Origin: Enhydrobacter aerosaccus
GTDB lineage: Bacteria > Pseudomonadota > Alphaproteobacteria > Reyranellales > Reyranellaceae
DNA: 64,000 nucleotides
Assembly: GCA_903915535.1 (NCBI GenBank)
Contig: CAIWTJ010000204.1
Span: 37,863 to 101,862, forward strand
Direction: 5' to 3'
The notes below the pieces were generated by a model. That model worked only from the letters and a program-made list of their open reading frames with translations, did no database searches and was not told where the DNA came from. Positions 54,813 to 64,000 of this stretch are shown here, one piece after another (position 1 is the first letter of the stretch; every line of letters starts with the position of its first letter). The position numbers were made by a program, and so were the translations under genes.

Positions 54813-55928
54813 TTGACCCCGAGTTCCAGCCCGATGTTGACTCTCCAGGACAGGCTCACCCAGGCGGACAATCGGCCTTCCGGATTCGACTATCTGAGAC
54901 TCATCCTGGCGGTGGCAATCATCGCCTGGCACGGCATCATCGTCTGCTACGGTTATGCGTTCGAAACCAGTATCTGGATGGGGCCGATCGGACCTTTCGC
55001 CAATTTCCTGGTCCCGAGCTTCTTCGCGCTGAGCGGCTTCCTCGTCATGGGCAGCCTCTATCGCAATGACCTCCTGTCCTTCCTGACCTTGCGCGGCCTG
55101 CGCATTTTCCCGGCATTGGGCGTCGAGCTCATTCTATCGGCCTTCATCATCGGCAGCCTGGTGACGTCGCTTACTTGGCGCCAGTACTTCAGCGATCCGC
55201 AGTTCTATGAATATTTCGGCAATCTGATCGGGTTCGTGAGCTACAACTTGCCCGGCGTTTTCCAATACTTGCCCAATAGCGCCGTGAACCTTCAGCTCTG
55301 GACGATCCCGTACGAGCTGGATTGCTACATTGTCTTGTCATGCCTGGCGTTCGTCGGCCTGCACAAGCGCCCCTTGCTTCTGCTCGTCCTGGCGGTCGGC
55401 GGCGGCATCATCATGTTTGGCTATCAGACGGCGACCGGTGACGTGGGCTCGCCCATTCTCCCGCCGCAGGGAAATGTCCTCGTTCTGTCTTTCCTCTGTG
55501 GTGCCGCTCTTTTTGCCCTTCGTGACAGGATACCTTTCCGGGCCTCGCTGTTCGTCGCCGCGCTCATCTTGTCCTGGATGCTGCTGCGATCACCCGAGAC
55601 CCACAGTCTGTCGCCGCTCCCTCTTGCCTACGTCACGGTCTATCTCGGCTTGCTCAATCCACGGCGCCTGTTCGTGCTGCGCGGCGCCGATTATTCCTAC
55701 GGTCTCTACCTCTATGGCTTTCCGGTACAGCAGATGATCGCCTACCTGTTCCCCGAGTCCCGGATCTGGTGGGTCAACGTCAGCGCAAGCCTGATTGTCG
55801 CCTCGGCCTTCGCCGCCTTCTCATGGCACTTCATCGAAGCGCGGGTACTCGCCAATCGACACAGGGTTCTCGCGTCTGTCGCGAAGATCCGCCGCACGTC
55901 CGCCCTGACGCCTGAAACAGCGACCTGA
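54813..55928 (+). CDS. acyltransferase-3 family membrane protein (OafA/NolL-like O-acyltransferase)
   Basis: 371 aa. [24 protein letters not shown] and LWTIPYEL motifs, about 10 TM segments. Visibly lower GC3 than its neighbours. The start is uncertain (54813 TTG or ATG 54834). Confidence 0.8.
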   Translation: MTPSSSPMLTLQDRLTQADNRPSGFDYLRLILAVAIIAWHGIIVCYGYAFETSIWMGPIGPFANFLVPSFFALSGFLVMGSLYRNDLLSFLTLRGLRIFPALGVELILSAFIIGSLVTSLTWRQYFSDPQFYEYFGNLIGFVSYNLPGVFQYLPNSAVNLQLWTIPYELDCYIVLSCLAFVGLHKRPLLLLVLAVGGGIIMFGYQTATGDVGSPILPPQGNVLVLSFLCGAALFALRDRIPFRASLFVAALILSWMLLRSPETHSLSPLPLAYVTVYLGLLNPRRLFVLRGADYSYGLYLYGFPVQQMIAYLFPESRIWWVNVSASLIVASAFAAFSWHFIEARVLANRHRVLASVAKIRRTSALTPETAT

Positions 55929-55931
55929 GGG

Positions 55932-57551
55932 TCAGGCCGCCAGCTTCACTCCGGCCTTGGCATCCTGCTTGATCATGTCGGCACCCTTCTCGGCCACCAT
56001 GATGGTGGGCGCGTTGGTATTGCCCGAGGGCACCGTCGGCATCACCGAGGCGTCGATCACGCGGAGCCCCGCGATGCCGTGCACGCGCAGGCGGTCATCG
56101 ACCACCGCCATCGGGTCGCTGCCCATCTTGCAGGTGCCGATGACGTGATAAGTCGTCTGGCCGGTGCGGCGCGCGAAGTCGAGCCACTCGTCGTAGCTCT
56201 GCACCTTGTCGCCCGGGTTGTTCTCGTAGTCGATGTACTGGGCGATCTTCGGGTTCTGCACAATCTTGCGCGCGATCTGCATGCCCGCGACCGTGGCGTC
56301 GCGGTCGGTCTGGGCCGACAGGAAGTTCGGCCGAATGGCGGGCTCCGCACCCGGCGTCGCCGACTTGATGTGAATCGAGCCGCGCGAGTCCGGCCGGCAC
56401 TGGCCGATCACCACGGTCATGCCGGGATCCTTCTCCAGGAGGCGCTTCTGCGCGCTGTCGTAGCTCGCATGTGCCATGTGGAACTGCATATCGGGCGTTT
56501 CGAGGCCGGGCCGCGTGCGCACGAAGCCGTAGACCACGCCCGCTGTCAGGCTGAGCGCGCCCTTGCCTGTGGCGAAGTACTTCAGCACTTCGCCCACGAG
56601 ATTGAGGCCGCGCGTGGCCTGGTTCAGCGTGGCGACGCCCGGCTTGCAGCGCCAGTTCATGCGCGGCGCGAAGTGGTCGCCGTAGTTCTCGCCGACCCCC
56701 TTCAGCTCGTGCTTCACCTCGATGCCGTAGCGGCGCAGCAGCTCGGGCTGGCCGATGCCGGAATGCTCGAGCACGCCCGGCGACTGCACCGAGCCGCACG
56801 AAACGATGACCTCGCGGCCCGAGCGCGCCTCGCGCTTCTGGCCGTGCACGCTGTAGGCCACGCCGACGCAGCGCTTGCCCTCGAGGATCAGGTTCGACAC
56901 CAACGCATCGGTCTCGATCTTGAGGTTGGGACGGTTGCGAGCGCCGTCGATGAAGGCGCGCGCCGCGGACCAGCGCTTGCCGTTCTTCATCGTCACCTGG
57001 AAGTAGCCGAAGCCTTCCTGATCGCCGTTGTTGTAGTCCTTGTTCTTCCGATAGCCCGTCGCTTCGGCGGCATCGATGAAGGCGTCGCAGAGCGCGTGGC
57101 CTTCGGTCATGTGCGCGACGTTGAGCGGACCGCCCTTGCCGCGGCTGTCGTCGCCGTCGCCCTCGAAGTTTTCGGACTTCTTGAAGTACGGCAGGATCTG
57201 TTCGTATGACCAGCCGCGATTGCCGAGCTGGCCCCAGGTGTCGTAATCGAGCGGTTGGCCGCGCACGTAGAGCATGCCGTTGATCGACGAGGAGCCGCCC
57301 AGCGTCTTGCCGCGCGGGCACGGGATGCGGCGGCCGGCCATGCCGTCCTCGGCCTCCATCTCGAAGTTCCAGTTGAACTTCTCGTGGTTCAGCAGCTTGG
57401 TGAAGCCGGCCGGGATGTCGATCCACATCGACTTGTCGGGCGGACCTGCCTCGAGCAGCAGGACCTTCACGTTGGCGTCCTCGCTCAGTCGATTGGCCAG
57501 CACGCAGCCCGCCGAGCCGCCGCCCACAATGATGTAATCCCAGTCAGCCAT
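55932..57551 (-). CDS. GMC-family oxidoreductase (choline dehydrogenase-like)
   Basis: 539 aa. [20 protein letters not shown] and the C-terminal HVIGTCKMG motif. Confidence 0.9.
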   Translation of the reverse strand: MADWDYIIVGGGSAGCVLANRLSEDANVKVLLLEAGPPDKSMWIDIPAGFTKLLNHEKFNWNFEMEAEDGMAGRRIPCPRGKTLGGSSSINGMLYVRGQPLDYDTWGQLGNRGWSYEQILPYFKKSENFEGDGDDSRGKGGPLNVAHMTEGHALCDAFIDAAEATGYRKNKDYNNGDQEGFGYFQVTMKNGKRWSAARAFIDGARNRPNLKIETDALVSNLILEGKRCVGVAYSVHGQKREARSGREVIVSCGSVQSPGVLEHSGIGQPELLRRYGIEVKHELKGVGENYGDHFAPRMNWRCKPGVATLNQATRGLNLVGEVLKYFATGKGALSLTAGVVYGFVRTRPGLETPDMQFHMAHASYDSAQKRLLEKDPGMTVVIGQCRPDSRGSIHIKSATPGAEPAIRPNFLSAQTDRDATVAGMQIARKIVQNPKIAQYIDYENNPGDKVQSYDEWLDFARRTGQTTYHVIGTCKMGSDPMAVVDDRLRVHGIAGLRVIDASVMPTVPSGNTNAPTIMVAEKGADMIKQDAKAGVKLAA

Positions 57552-57576
57552 CTGCTTCCTCCGTTTGGAGGGCAGT

Positions 57577-58548
57577 CTACCTCAGATGACAGGAAACGTG
57601 ATGCCCCGGTGCAATTTCGCGCAGCAAAGGCGTCTCGACCTTGCAGCGGGCCACGGCGTAGGGGCAGCGGGTGTGGAAATGGCAGCCCGACGGCGGGTTC
57701 ACGGGGCTGGGCACGTCGCCCTGCAGCACGATCTTCTTGCGCTTGATCGCGGGGTCGGGCACCGGCACGGCCGAGAGCAGCGCCTCGGTATAGGGATGCT
57801 GGCCGTTGGTGAAGATCTGCTTCGTCGTGGCGTATTCGACGATGCGGCCGAGATACATCACGGCGATGCGGTGGCTGATGTGCTCGACCACCGCGAGATT
57901 GTGGCTGATGAACAGGTAGCTGAGCTTGCGCTCGCGTTGCAGGTCCTGCAGCAGGTTGATCACTTGCGCCTGGATCGACACGTCGAGCGCCGACACCGGC
58001 TCGTCGCCCACGATCAGCTTCGGGCCGAGGGCAAGGGCGCGCGCGATGCAGATGCGCTGGCGCTGGCCGCCCGAGAACTGGTGCGGGAAGTTGGCCATCT
58101 GCGCGGGCCTGAGGCCCACACGATCGAACAGCGCCGCGACCTGCGCGTTGCGTTCTTTCTTGCTGGCGACGCCATGGACCAGCAGCGGCTCGCCCACGAT
58201 GTCGCCCGCTGTCATGCGCGGATTGAGCGAGGAAAACGGATCCTGGAAGATGATCTGCGCCTGCTTGCGGAACGGACGCAGTTCCTTCTTCGAGAGGCCC
58301 GCGATGTCCTGGCCCTGCATCTTCACCACACCGGAGGTGGGCTCGATCAGGCGCAGGATGGCACGGCCGGCCGTCGACTTGCCGCAGCCCGACTCGCCCA
58401 CCAGACCCAGCGTCTCGCCCTCGTTCACGGTGAAGCTGATACCGTCGACGGCATAGACCTGGCCCACGGTGCGGCGCAGCAGGCCCTTCTTCACCGGGAA
58501 GTGCTTCTTGAGGTCTTTCACCTCGAGGACGGGTGTGCGCTCAACCAT
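57577..58548 (-). CDS. peptide/nickel ABC transporter ATP-binding protein (DppF/OppF-like)
   Basis: 323 aa. GESGCGKST Walker A, FSGGQRQR signature and the oligopeptide C-terminal domain (HPYT...C..RC). Confidence 0.9.
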   Translation of the reverse strand: MVERTPVLEVKDLKKHFPVKKGLLRRTVGQVYAVDGISFTVNEGETLGLVGESGCGKSTAGRAILRLIEPTSGVVKMQGQDIAGLSKKELRPFRKQAQIIFQDPFSSLNPRMTAGDIVGEPLLVHGVASKKERNAQVAALFDRVGLRPAQMANFPHQFSGGQRQRICIARALALGPKLIVGDEPVSALDVSIQAQVINLLQDLQRERKLSYLFISHNLAVVEHISHRIAVMYLGRIVEYATTKQIFTNGQHPYTEALLSAVPVPDPAIKRKKIVLQGDVPSPVNPPSGCHFHTRCPYAVARCKVETPLLREIAPGHHVSCHLR

Positions 58549-59530
58549 TGGAATTCCAGCAGGCCGCCCAGTGCGCCGTCCTCTTCTCTTCGTAGGCCGG
58601 CCGTTCCTGCCGGCAGATATCGGTGACCTTGGGGCAGCGCGCGGCGAAGGCGCAGCCCTTCGGCAAGGCGAAGAGCGCGGGCACGATGCCCGGAATCTCC
58701 TGAAGGCGGTCGGTGTCGGCCTTGTCCTCGCCGCGCAAGAGATCGAGGCGCGGAATCGAGGCCAGCAGGCCTTGGGTGTAGGGATGCTGCGGCCGGGCGA
58801 ACAGCTCGCCGACGGTGGCCTCCTCGACCTTGCGGCCGGCGTACATCACGATGACGCGGCGCGCCGTCTCCGCGACCACGCCGAGGTCGTGCGTGATCAG
58901 GATGACGGCGGTGCCGAATTCGCGCTGCAGCTCGACGATAAGCTCTAGGATCTGCGCCTGGATGGTGACGTCGAGCGCCGTCGTGGGCTCGTCGGCGATC
59001 AGCACCTTGGGATTGCAGGCCAGCGCCATGGCGATCATGGCGCGCTGGCGCATGCCGCCCGAAAGCTGGTGCGGATATTCGCGGGCGCGCTGGACGGGCT
59101 CCGGGATCTTCACCAGGTCGAGCATCTCGACCGCGCGCTTCATCGCGGCCTTCTTGTCCATGTCGCGATGCAGGATCAGCGCCTCGCCGATCTGCTTGCC
59201 GATGGTCATCACCGGATTGAGCGACGTCATCGGCTCCTGGAAGATCATCGAGATGTCGTTGCCGCGCACGCCGCGCATCTCCTTCTCGGAGAGCTGCAGC
59301 AGGTCGCGGTCGGCCAGCTTGATCGAGCCCGAGACGATGCGGCCGGGCGGATCGGGGATCAGGCGCATCAGCGACAGCGCGGTCATGCTCTTGCCGCAGC
59401 CCGACTCGCCCACGATCGCCAGCGTCTCGCCGGCGGCGACGGAGAAATCGACGCCGTCGACCGCCTTCACGATGCCCTGGCGCGTGTAGAACCACGTGCC
59501 GAGACCGGAGACTTGCAGCAGGTCGCTCAC
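58541..59530 (-). CDS. peptide/nickel ABC transporter ATP-binding protein (DppD/OppD-like)
   Basis: GTG start ([10 protein letters not shown]) overlapping the permease stop. [17 protein letters not shown]. 329 aa. Confidence 0.88.
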   Translation of the reverse strand: MSDLLQVSGLGTWFYTRQGIVKAVDGVDFSVAAGETLAIVGESGCGKSMTALSLMRLIPDPPGRIVSGSIKLADRDLLQLSEKEMRGVRGNDISMIFQEPMTSLNPVMTIGKQIGEALILHRDMDKKAAMKRAVEMLDLVKIPEPVQRAREYPHQLSGGMRQRAMIAMALACNPKVLIADEPTTALDVTIQAQILELIVELQREFGTAVILITHDLGVVAETARRVIVMYAGRKVEEATVGELFARPQHPYTQGLLASIPRLDLLRGEDKADTDRLQEIPGIVPALFALPKGCAFAARCPKVTDICRQERPAYEEKRTAHWAACWNSNG

Positions 59531-60420
59531 GTCCGCTCCCGCGGGTCGAGGATGTCGCGCAGCGCGTCGCCCAGCAGGTTCGTGCCGAACACGGTGAGGC
59601 TGATCGCGACGCCGGGGAAGATCACCAGCCACGGCGCGGTGCGGACGTACTCCGCCGCCGATTCCGACAGCATGCGGCCCCATGAGGGATGCGGCTCGGG
59701 GATACCGAGGCCCAGGAACGACAAGGAGGCCTCGACCAGGATCGCCGAGCCGATCTGCGCGGTGGCCAGCACGATCAGCGGCGCCAGCGTATTGGGCAGC
59801 ACGTGGCGCACGGCGATACGCAGCTCGCCCATGCCGACGGCGCGCGCGGCCTCGACGAAGGGCTGCTCGCGCAGGGAGAGCGTGCTGGAGCGCACGACGC
59901 GGGCCACGGTCGGCACCAGCGGAATGGCGATGGCGATGATGGTGTTGCGCAGCGACGGGCCGAGGGCGGCCGCCATGACGATGGCCATCACCAGCAGCGG
60001 CAGCGACTGCATGATGTCGAGCAGGCGCTGCAGCAGGAGATCGAACCAGCCGCCGAGATAGCCGCTGGCGAGGCCCACGGTGATGCCGATGACGCCGCCC
60101 AGGCCCATGGCGCCCGCGCCGACGGCGAGCGAGATGCGCGCGCCGTGGACGACACGGCTGTACATGTCGCGGCCCATGAAGTCGGCGCCCAGCCAGAACA
60201 GGCCGCCCGGGTGAGCGAGCGAGAACTTCGAATTGGTGGCCGTGGGATCGGTGGGCGCGATGACGTCGGCGAACACCGCCGTGAGGACGAAGACGGTGAC
60301 GATGAAGGCGCCGACCGCGCCCAGCGGATAGCGCCGCGCCAGGAACATCGCCTGGCTCCAGCGGCCGGTGACGTTGGCGCCGGCGCGGGCAAGGGCTGCG
60401 TCGTGGTCGATGATGGCCAT
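59527..60420 (-). CDS. ABC transporter permease (DppC/OppC-like)
   Basis: 297 aa with the BPD_transp_1 EAA-loop region (FVEAARAVG). Confidence 0.9.
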   Translation of the reverse strand: MAIIDHDAALARAGANVTGRWSQAMFLARRYPLGAVGAFIVTVFVLTAVFADVIAPTDPTATNSKFSLAHPGGLFWLGADFMGRDMYSRVVHGARISLAVGAGAMGLGGVIGITVGLASGYLGGWFDLLLQRLLDIMQSLPLLVMAIVMAAALGPSLRNTIIAIAIPLVPTVARVVRSSTLSLREQPFVEAARAVGMGELRIAVRHVLPNTLAPLIVLATAQIGSAILVEASLSFLGLGIPEPHPSWGRMLSESAAEYVRTAPWLVIFPGVAISLTVFGTNLLGDALRDILDPRERT

Positions 60421-60424
60421 GATC

Positions 60425-61372
60425 TCAGTCCGAGTACTTGATGCGGGGATCGAGGGCCATGTAGGCCATGTCGACCAGGAAATTGATCGTGACCACCACG
60501 AAGGCGATCAGCATCACCAGGTTCTGCACGATCGGATAGTCGCGCCACAGGATCGCCTCGACGAGGAAGCGCGCGACGCCCGGGATGTTGAACACGGTTT
60601 CGGTGACGATCAGGCCGCCCACCAGGAACGCCGCCTCGATGCCGATCACCGTTACGACCGGTAACAGCGCGTTGCGCAACGCATGCTTGAAGTTCACGGC
60701 GAACATCGAGGCGCCCTTCGAACGCGCCGTGCGGATGTAATCCTGCCGGAGCACCTCGAGCATCGAGGAACGCGTGAGGCGCATGATCAGGGCGGAGCTG
60801 CGGAAGCCCACCACGATCGCGGGCAGGCCGAGCATGGCGACGTCGTCCCAGAAGCCGTGCGGATCGGAATTGTAGATCGGGATGGTGCCGAACCAGTGCA
60901 CCGAACCCATCAGCACCAGCAGGCCGAGCCAGAACGCCGGCAGGGACAGGCCGCTGAGGCTGATCACGCGCAGGAAATAGTCGAGCTTGGTGTTCTGCCG
61001 AACCGCACTGATGACGCCCAGCGGCACACCCAGCAGCACGGCGAAGAACAGCGCCATGCCCGCGAGCTTCCCGCTGATCGGGATGCGCGGCAGGATCTCG
61101 TCGATCGCGGGCTGCTCCGAGACATAGGCGAAGCCCAGGTCGCCGCGCGCCAGGCCGCCGATCCACTTGCCGTACTGCACGAGGATCGGCTGGTCGATGC
61201 CGAGGTCATGGGCGATCTTGGCCTTCTCCTTGGGATCGGAGATGCCCGAGGCGTTGGTCAGGATGTCGGCGATGTCGCCCGGCACGAGCCGCAGCATGAC
61301 GAAGATCAGCACCGACATGCCGAACAGCGTCAGCGCCATCAAGAGCAGCCGTCGGACGAGGTAGGCTCCCAT
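60425..61372 (-). CDS. ABC transporter permease (DppB/OppB-like)
   Basis: 315 aa. N-terminus MGAYLVRRLLLMALTLFGMSVLIF and YIRTARSKG motif. Confidence 0.9.
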   Translation of the reverse strand: MGAYLVRRLLLMALTLFGMSVLIFVMLRLVPGDIADILTNASGISDPKEKAKIAHDLGIDQPILVQYGKWIGGLARGDLGFAYVSEQPAIDEILPRIPISGKLAGMALFFAVLLGVPLGVISAVRQNTKLDYFLRVISLSGLSLPAFWLGLLVLMGSVHWFGTIPIYNSDPHGFWDDVAMLGLPAIVVGFRSSALIMRLTRSSMLEVLRQDYIRTARSKGASMFAVNFKHALRNALLPVVTVIGIEAAFLVGGLIVTETVFNIPGVARFLVEAILWRDYPIVQNLVMLIAFVVVTINFLVDMAYMALDPRIKYSD

Positions 61373-61382
61373 CTGCGATCGC

Positions 61383-62981
61383 TTACTTGTCGAGCCAGAC
61401 GTCTTCGAAGCGCCAGCCGTTATAGATGCTGTTCACCTGAAGCTTGAGGCCCTTCATCTTCGGATCCCAGCAGGTATTGTCGAAGTTGTGGCCGATGACG
61501 GGACGCGCCGCGTCTTCCGCCAGCTTCTTCTCGATTTCCCACACCAGCTTCTTGCGCTTCTCGCTGTCGGTCTCGGCCGACTGCGCATCGATCAGCTTGT
61601 CGACCTCGGGATTGTTGTAGCTCGTGTAGTTGCGCTCCGACTTCGAATAGAAGTTCTCGTAGAAGAACGTGTCGGGGTCGTCGACGCCGCCGCCGGTCAG
61701 GTTCATCCCGACCTGGTAGTCCTTCTTCGCGATCTTGTTGTACCAGACCGACGAATCGATCGGCTCGAGGTCGGCCTCGATATAGATCTGCTTCAGCTGG
61801 TCGATCAGGATCACGGCCGGATCGCGATAGATCGCGATATTGCGCGTGGCGACCTTGATCTTGAGCGGCTTGTCGGCGCTATAGCCCAGCTTCTTCATGA
61901 TCGCCTGGGCTTCGGCGCGGCTCTTGGCGATGTCCGTGCCATGACCCGGCAGGGTCGCGAGCATCTCCTTGGGCATGCCCCACACGCCGTACGGCGGCGG
62001 CAGCATGGCGGCACCCTCGAGATGATGGCCCTGGCTCAGGATCTGCGAAAAGGCGCGGAAGTCGATCGTGTCGACCAGCGCGCGGCGTACGTCGGGATTG
62101 TCGAACGGCGGCGCATCGCGATTGATCAGGATGTCGGAGCGGACATTGGTCGGACGCGCCTCGCAGACGGCATCCTTCTTCTGGTCCATCACGTCCTTCA
62201 GCATCGGGAAGCTGACGTCGCTGTCGAACGTCATGTCGAACTGGCCGGTCTGGAAGCCCAGCATGCGGGTCGAGCGGTTGGGCACGATCTTCCAGTCGAT
62301 GACGTCGAGGTAGGGCCGGCCCTTCTTGAAGTAATCCGGGTTCTTCACCAGCTTGATCACTTCGTTGCGCTTGAATTCGGCCACCTTGAACGGACCGGTG
62401 CCGATCGGCTTGCTGCGCATGACACGGCCGTCGACGTGGCAGGAATAGACCGGCGAGTAGCCCGCCGCGAGGATCGACAGGAACGACGGCTGCGGCCGGC
62501 CCAGGACGAACGTCACCTCGCTGTCGCCGTTGGTCGTCACTTCCTTGAGGTTGACGTACCAGATCCGGCGCGGGCTCTTGCGCATGATGTCGAGCTTCTC
62601 GTCGATGCCGCTCACGGCGTCGAAGGTGCACTTCACGTCTTTCGACGTGAACGGCTTGCCGTCATGCCACTTCACGTCTGTGCGCAGCTTGAAGGTGAGC
62701 TTGGTGTTGGTGGCATCCCACGACCAGCTCTCCGCCAGGTCGGGCACGATCTTGTCGGGGCTGTTCTTCTTCTCGTTGGGATCGAACACGACGAGATTGT
62801 TGAACACCGCCATGAAGGGCTGGTTCACCGAGATCGTCGATTCCTCGTGGATCGAGGCCGAGGGCGGATTCTCGCGATGGGAAATATGAAGGGTGCCGCC
62901 CGCCTTCTGGGCGAACACGGGGGTCGCCGCCACGCCCAAGGCAACAAGGCTCGCGGCCACAAAAGCCATACGCTTACGCAT
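61383..62981 (-). CDS. ABC substrate-binding protein, family 5 (peptide/nickel/opine type)
   Basis: 532 aa. Signal peptide MRKRMAFVAASLVALGVAATPVFA. SBP_bac_5-like sequence (WHDGKPFTSKDV). Confidence 0.9.
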   Translation of the reverse strand: MRKRMAFVAASLVALGVAATPVFAQKAGGTLHISHRENPPSASIHEESTISVNQPFMAVFNNLVVFDPNEKKNSPDKIVPDLAESWSWDATNTKLTFKLRTDVKWHDGKPFTSKDVKCTFDAVSGIDEKLDIMRKSPRRIWYVNLKEVTTNGDSEVTFVLGRPQPSFLSILAAGYSPVYSCHVDGRVMRSKPIGTGPFKVAEFKRNEVIKLVKNPDYFKKGRPYLDVIDWKIVPNRSTRMLGFQTGQFDMTFDSDVSFPMLKDVMDQKKDAVCEARPTNVRSDILINRDAPPFDNPDVRRALVDTIDFRAFSQILSQGHHLEGAAMLPPPYGVWGMPKEMLATLPGHGTDIAKSRAEAQAIMKKLGYSADKPLKIKVATRNIAIYRDPAVILIDQLKQIYIEADLEPIDSSVWYNKIAKKDYQVGMNLTGGGVDDPDTFFYENFYSKSERNYTSYNNPEVDKLIDAQSAETDSEKRKKLVWEIEKKLAEDAARPVIGHNFDNTCWDPKMKGLKLQVNSIYNGWRFEDVWLDK

Positions 62982-63069
62982 AACAATCCTCCCAGACCGA
63001 GGCGCCTTCTGGCGCCCGTTTTTCGCCCCCGTGGATCGAAGCTAGCACATCGAGTGCAGCGGCCAAGCG

Positions 63070-63477
63070 CTATTGCGCCGCGCCTTCCGCCGGTATTCCG
63101 CTGGTGGCGGGACCCTTCAATTCGATCTGGTTGCCTTCGGGATCGTCGAAATAGACCGACGGACCGGTGCCCTCCGCGCCGAAGCGCTCCACGGTTTCGC
63201 CTAACGTAATGCCGAGCGGCGAGAGCCTTGCCGCGATGGCGTCGCGATCGAACGGCTCCACCCGGAAGCAGAGGTGATCCATGTTGCCGTCAGGCCCCCC
63301 GCGCTCCTTGTCGATGAGGTCGAGCATGGAGGCACCGGCGCGCATCTGCACCAGCTTCAGCCGGTCGAGCCGGCGCACGACCTTGAAGCCCAGCGCCTGC
63401 TCGTAGAATTCGACCATCGACGCGAGATTTCGCACCCGCAGCACGACATGGTCGATCCGTTCGACATGGAAAGTCAT
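63070..63477 (-). CDS. VOC (glyoxalase/bleomycin-resistance/dioxygenase) family protein
   Basis: Internal start MTFHVERIDHVVLRVRNL... ...DHLCF...YFDDPEGNQIEL. 135 aa. Confidence 0.8.
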   Translation of the reverse strand: MTFHVERIDHVVLRVRNLASMVEFYEQALGFKVVRRLDRLKLVQMRAGASMLDLIDKERGGPDGNMDHLCFRVEPFDRDAIAARLSPLGITLGETVERFGAEGTGPSVYFDDPEGNQIELKGPATSGIPAEGAAQ

Positions 63478-63514
63478 GGCGTCTAGCCTACCCCATTCCT
63501 TGAGGGAGGAAAGC

Positions 63515-64000
63515 ATGGCTATCGCAATCAATGCCGCCAAAGCGCGGCTCAGGAAGAACCAGCTCGCCGTCGGTATCGGTATCCGCTTGGTGCGCAATGT
63601 CGACGTCGTGAAGGTGATGAAGGCCGGCGGCTACGACTGGCTGTTCCTCGACCTCGAGCACGGCATCATGTCGATCGAGACGGCGGCCGCGATTTGCATC
63701 GCCGCGCAGGACTCCGGCATCGCGCCGATCGTGCGCGTGCCCTACGGCGAACTTGCGATGGCGACACGCCTGCTCGATGGCGGCGCGCTCGGCATCGTGA
63801 TCCCGCATGTCGACACCGCCGAGGAAGCCCGCGAGATCGCCGACAAGCTGCGCTACGCGCCGATCGGCCATCGTTCGGTGGGCGGCGGCCAGGCCGCGTT
63901 CGACTACGCGCCGATGAAGATGGGCGACTTCATCAAGAAGGCCAACGACAACACGCTGATCGTGGTGATGATCGAGACGCCCAAGGCGGTGCGCAACGCC
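63515..64000 (+). CDS. HpcH/HpaI-family aldolase, N-terminal part (runs off window end)
   Basis: Not in the ORF track because there is no stop. The ATG follows a GGGAGGA RBS. Product: MAIAINAAKARLRKNQLAVGIGIRL...GYDWLFLDLEHG...IVRVP...GIVIPHVDTAEEA, typical of 2-keto-3-deoxy-acid aldolases. Confidence 0.8.
   Translation, partial: MAIAINAAKARLRKNQLAVGIGIRLVRNVDVVKVMKAGGYDWLFLDLEHGIMSIETAAAICIAAQDSGIAPIVRVPYGELAMATRLLDGGALGIVIPHVDTAEEAREIADKLRYAPIGHRSVGGGQAAFDYAPMKMGDFIKKANDNTLIVVMIETPKAVRNA

Noticed and set aside
63001-63023. GGCGCC-TTCT-GGCGCC hairpin followed by GTTTTT, which looks like an intrinsic terminator
   Set aside because: The T-run is on the plus strand, but both flanking genes are on the minus strand. 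It is therefore wrongly oriented to terminate either. It may be 5'-UTR structure of the binding-protein mRNA or a terminator for antisense transcription. It is not called as a feature.
1-64000. Search for CRISPR arrays, tRNA/rRNA genes, prophage or known defence-system genes
   Set aside because: I found no regularly spaced direct repeats, no cloverleaf-like or rRNA-like conserved stretches, and no nuclease, helicase, methylase or integrase-type ORFs among the six-frame translations.

Overview
High-GC proteobacterial chromosome segment. Gene content and a nested-palindrome repeat suggest a Bradyrhizobiaceae-like alphaproteobacterium, but that is a tentative guess. It is densely packed with about 58 protein genes, many translationally coupled through ATGA, GTGA or TGATG overlaps. 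I found no rRNA, tRNA, CRISPR array, transposase or integrase.

Content in order:
- A nucleoside uptake and salvage operon: BMP-type ABC transporter, cdd, PNP, deoA.
- A hydantoinase, cysteine-hydrolase amidase, fused HcnABC-like oxidoreductase and DHDPS-like group.
- An OmpR-type response regulator with no kinase, followed by a CzcA/CusA-type RND efflux set. After the efflux set come an unlisted 43-codon Cys-rich secreted peptide gene and a BamE-like lipoprotein.
- LLM oxidoreductase, amidase, CoA-transferase and a Bug-family binding protein, with two inverted copies of a ~110-bp nested palindromic repeat.
- An arylsulfatase-MFS-cobalt nitrile hydratase (alpha, beta) operon.
- Miscellaneous catabolic genes.
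- An SDR-ADH-mini K+ channel operon.
- A transglutaminase(DUF2126) / circularly permuted ATP-grasp+alpha-E / transglutaminase operon behind a sigma-54-like promoter.
- Two tandem paralogous small secreted proteins.
- An ACAD-fold oxygenase / VOC / hydrolase-like cluster.
- A Dpp/Opp-type peptide ABC operon.

The response regulator is the only transcription factor gene in 64 kb.

The best candidates for undescribed biology are the ATP-grasp/transglutaminase module, the Cys-rich peptide attached to the RND system, the single-chain HcnABC-like oxidoreductase, and the sulfatase-nitrile hydratase operon with a His-rich alpha subunit and no activator gene.

All functional calls come from reading motifs and from remembered family signatures. 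No database search was run.
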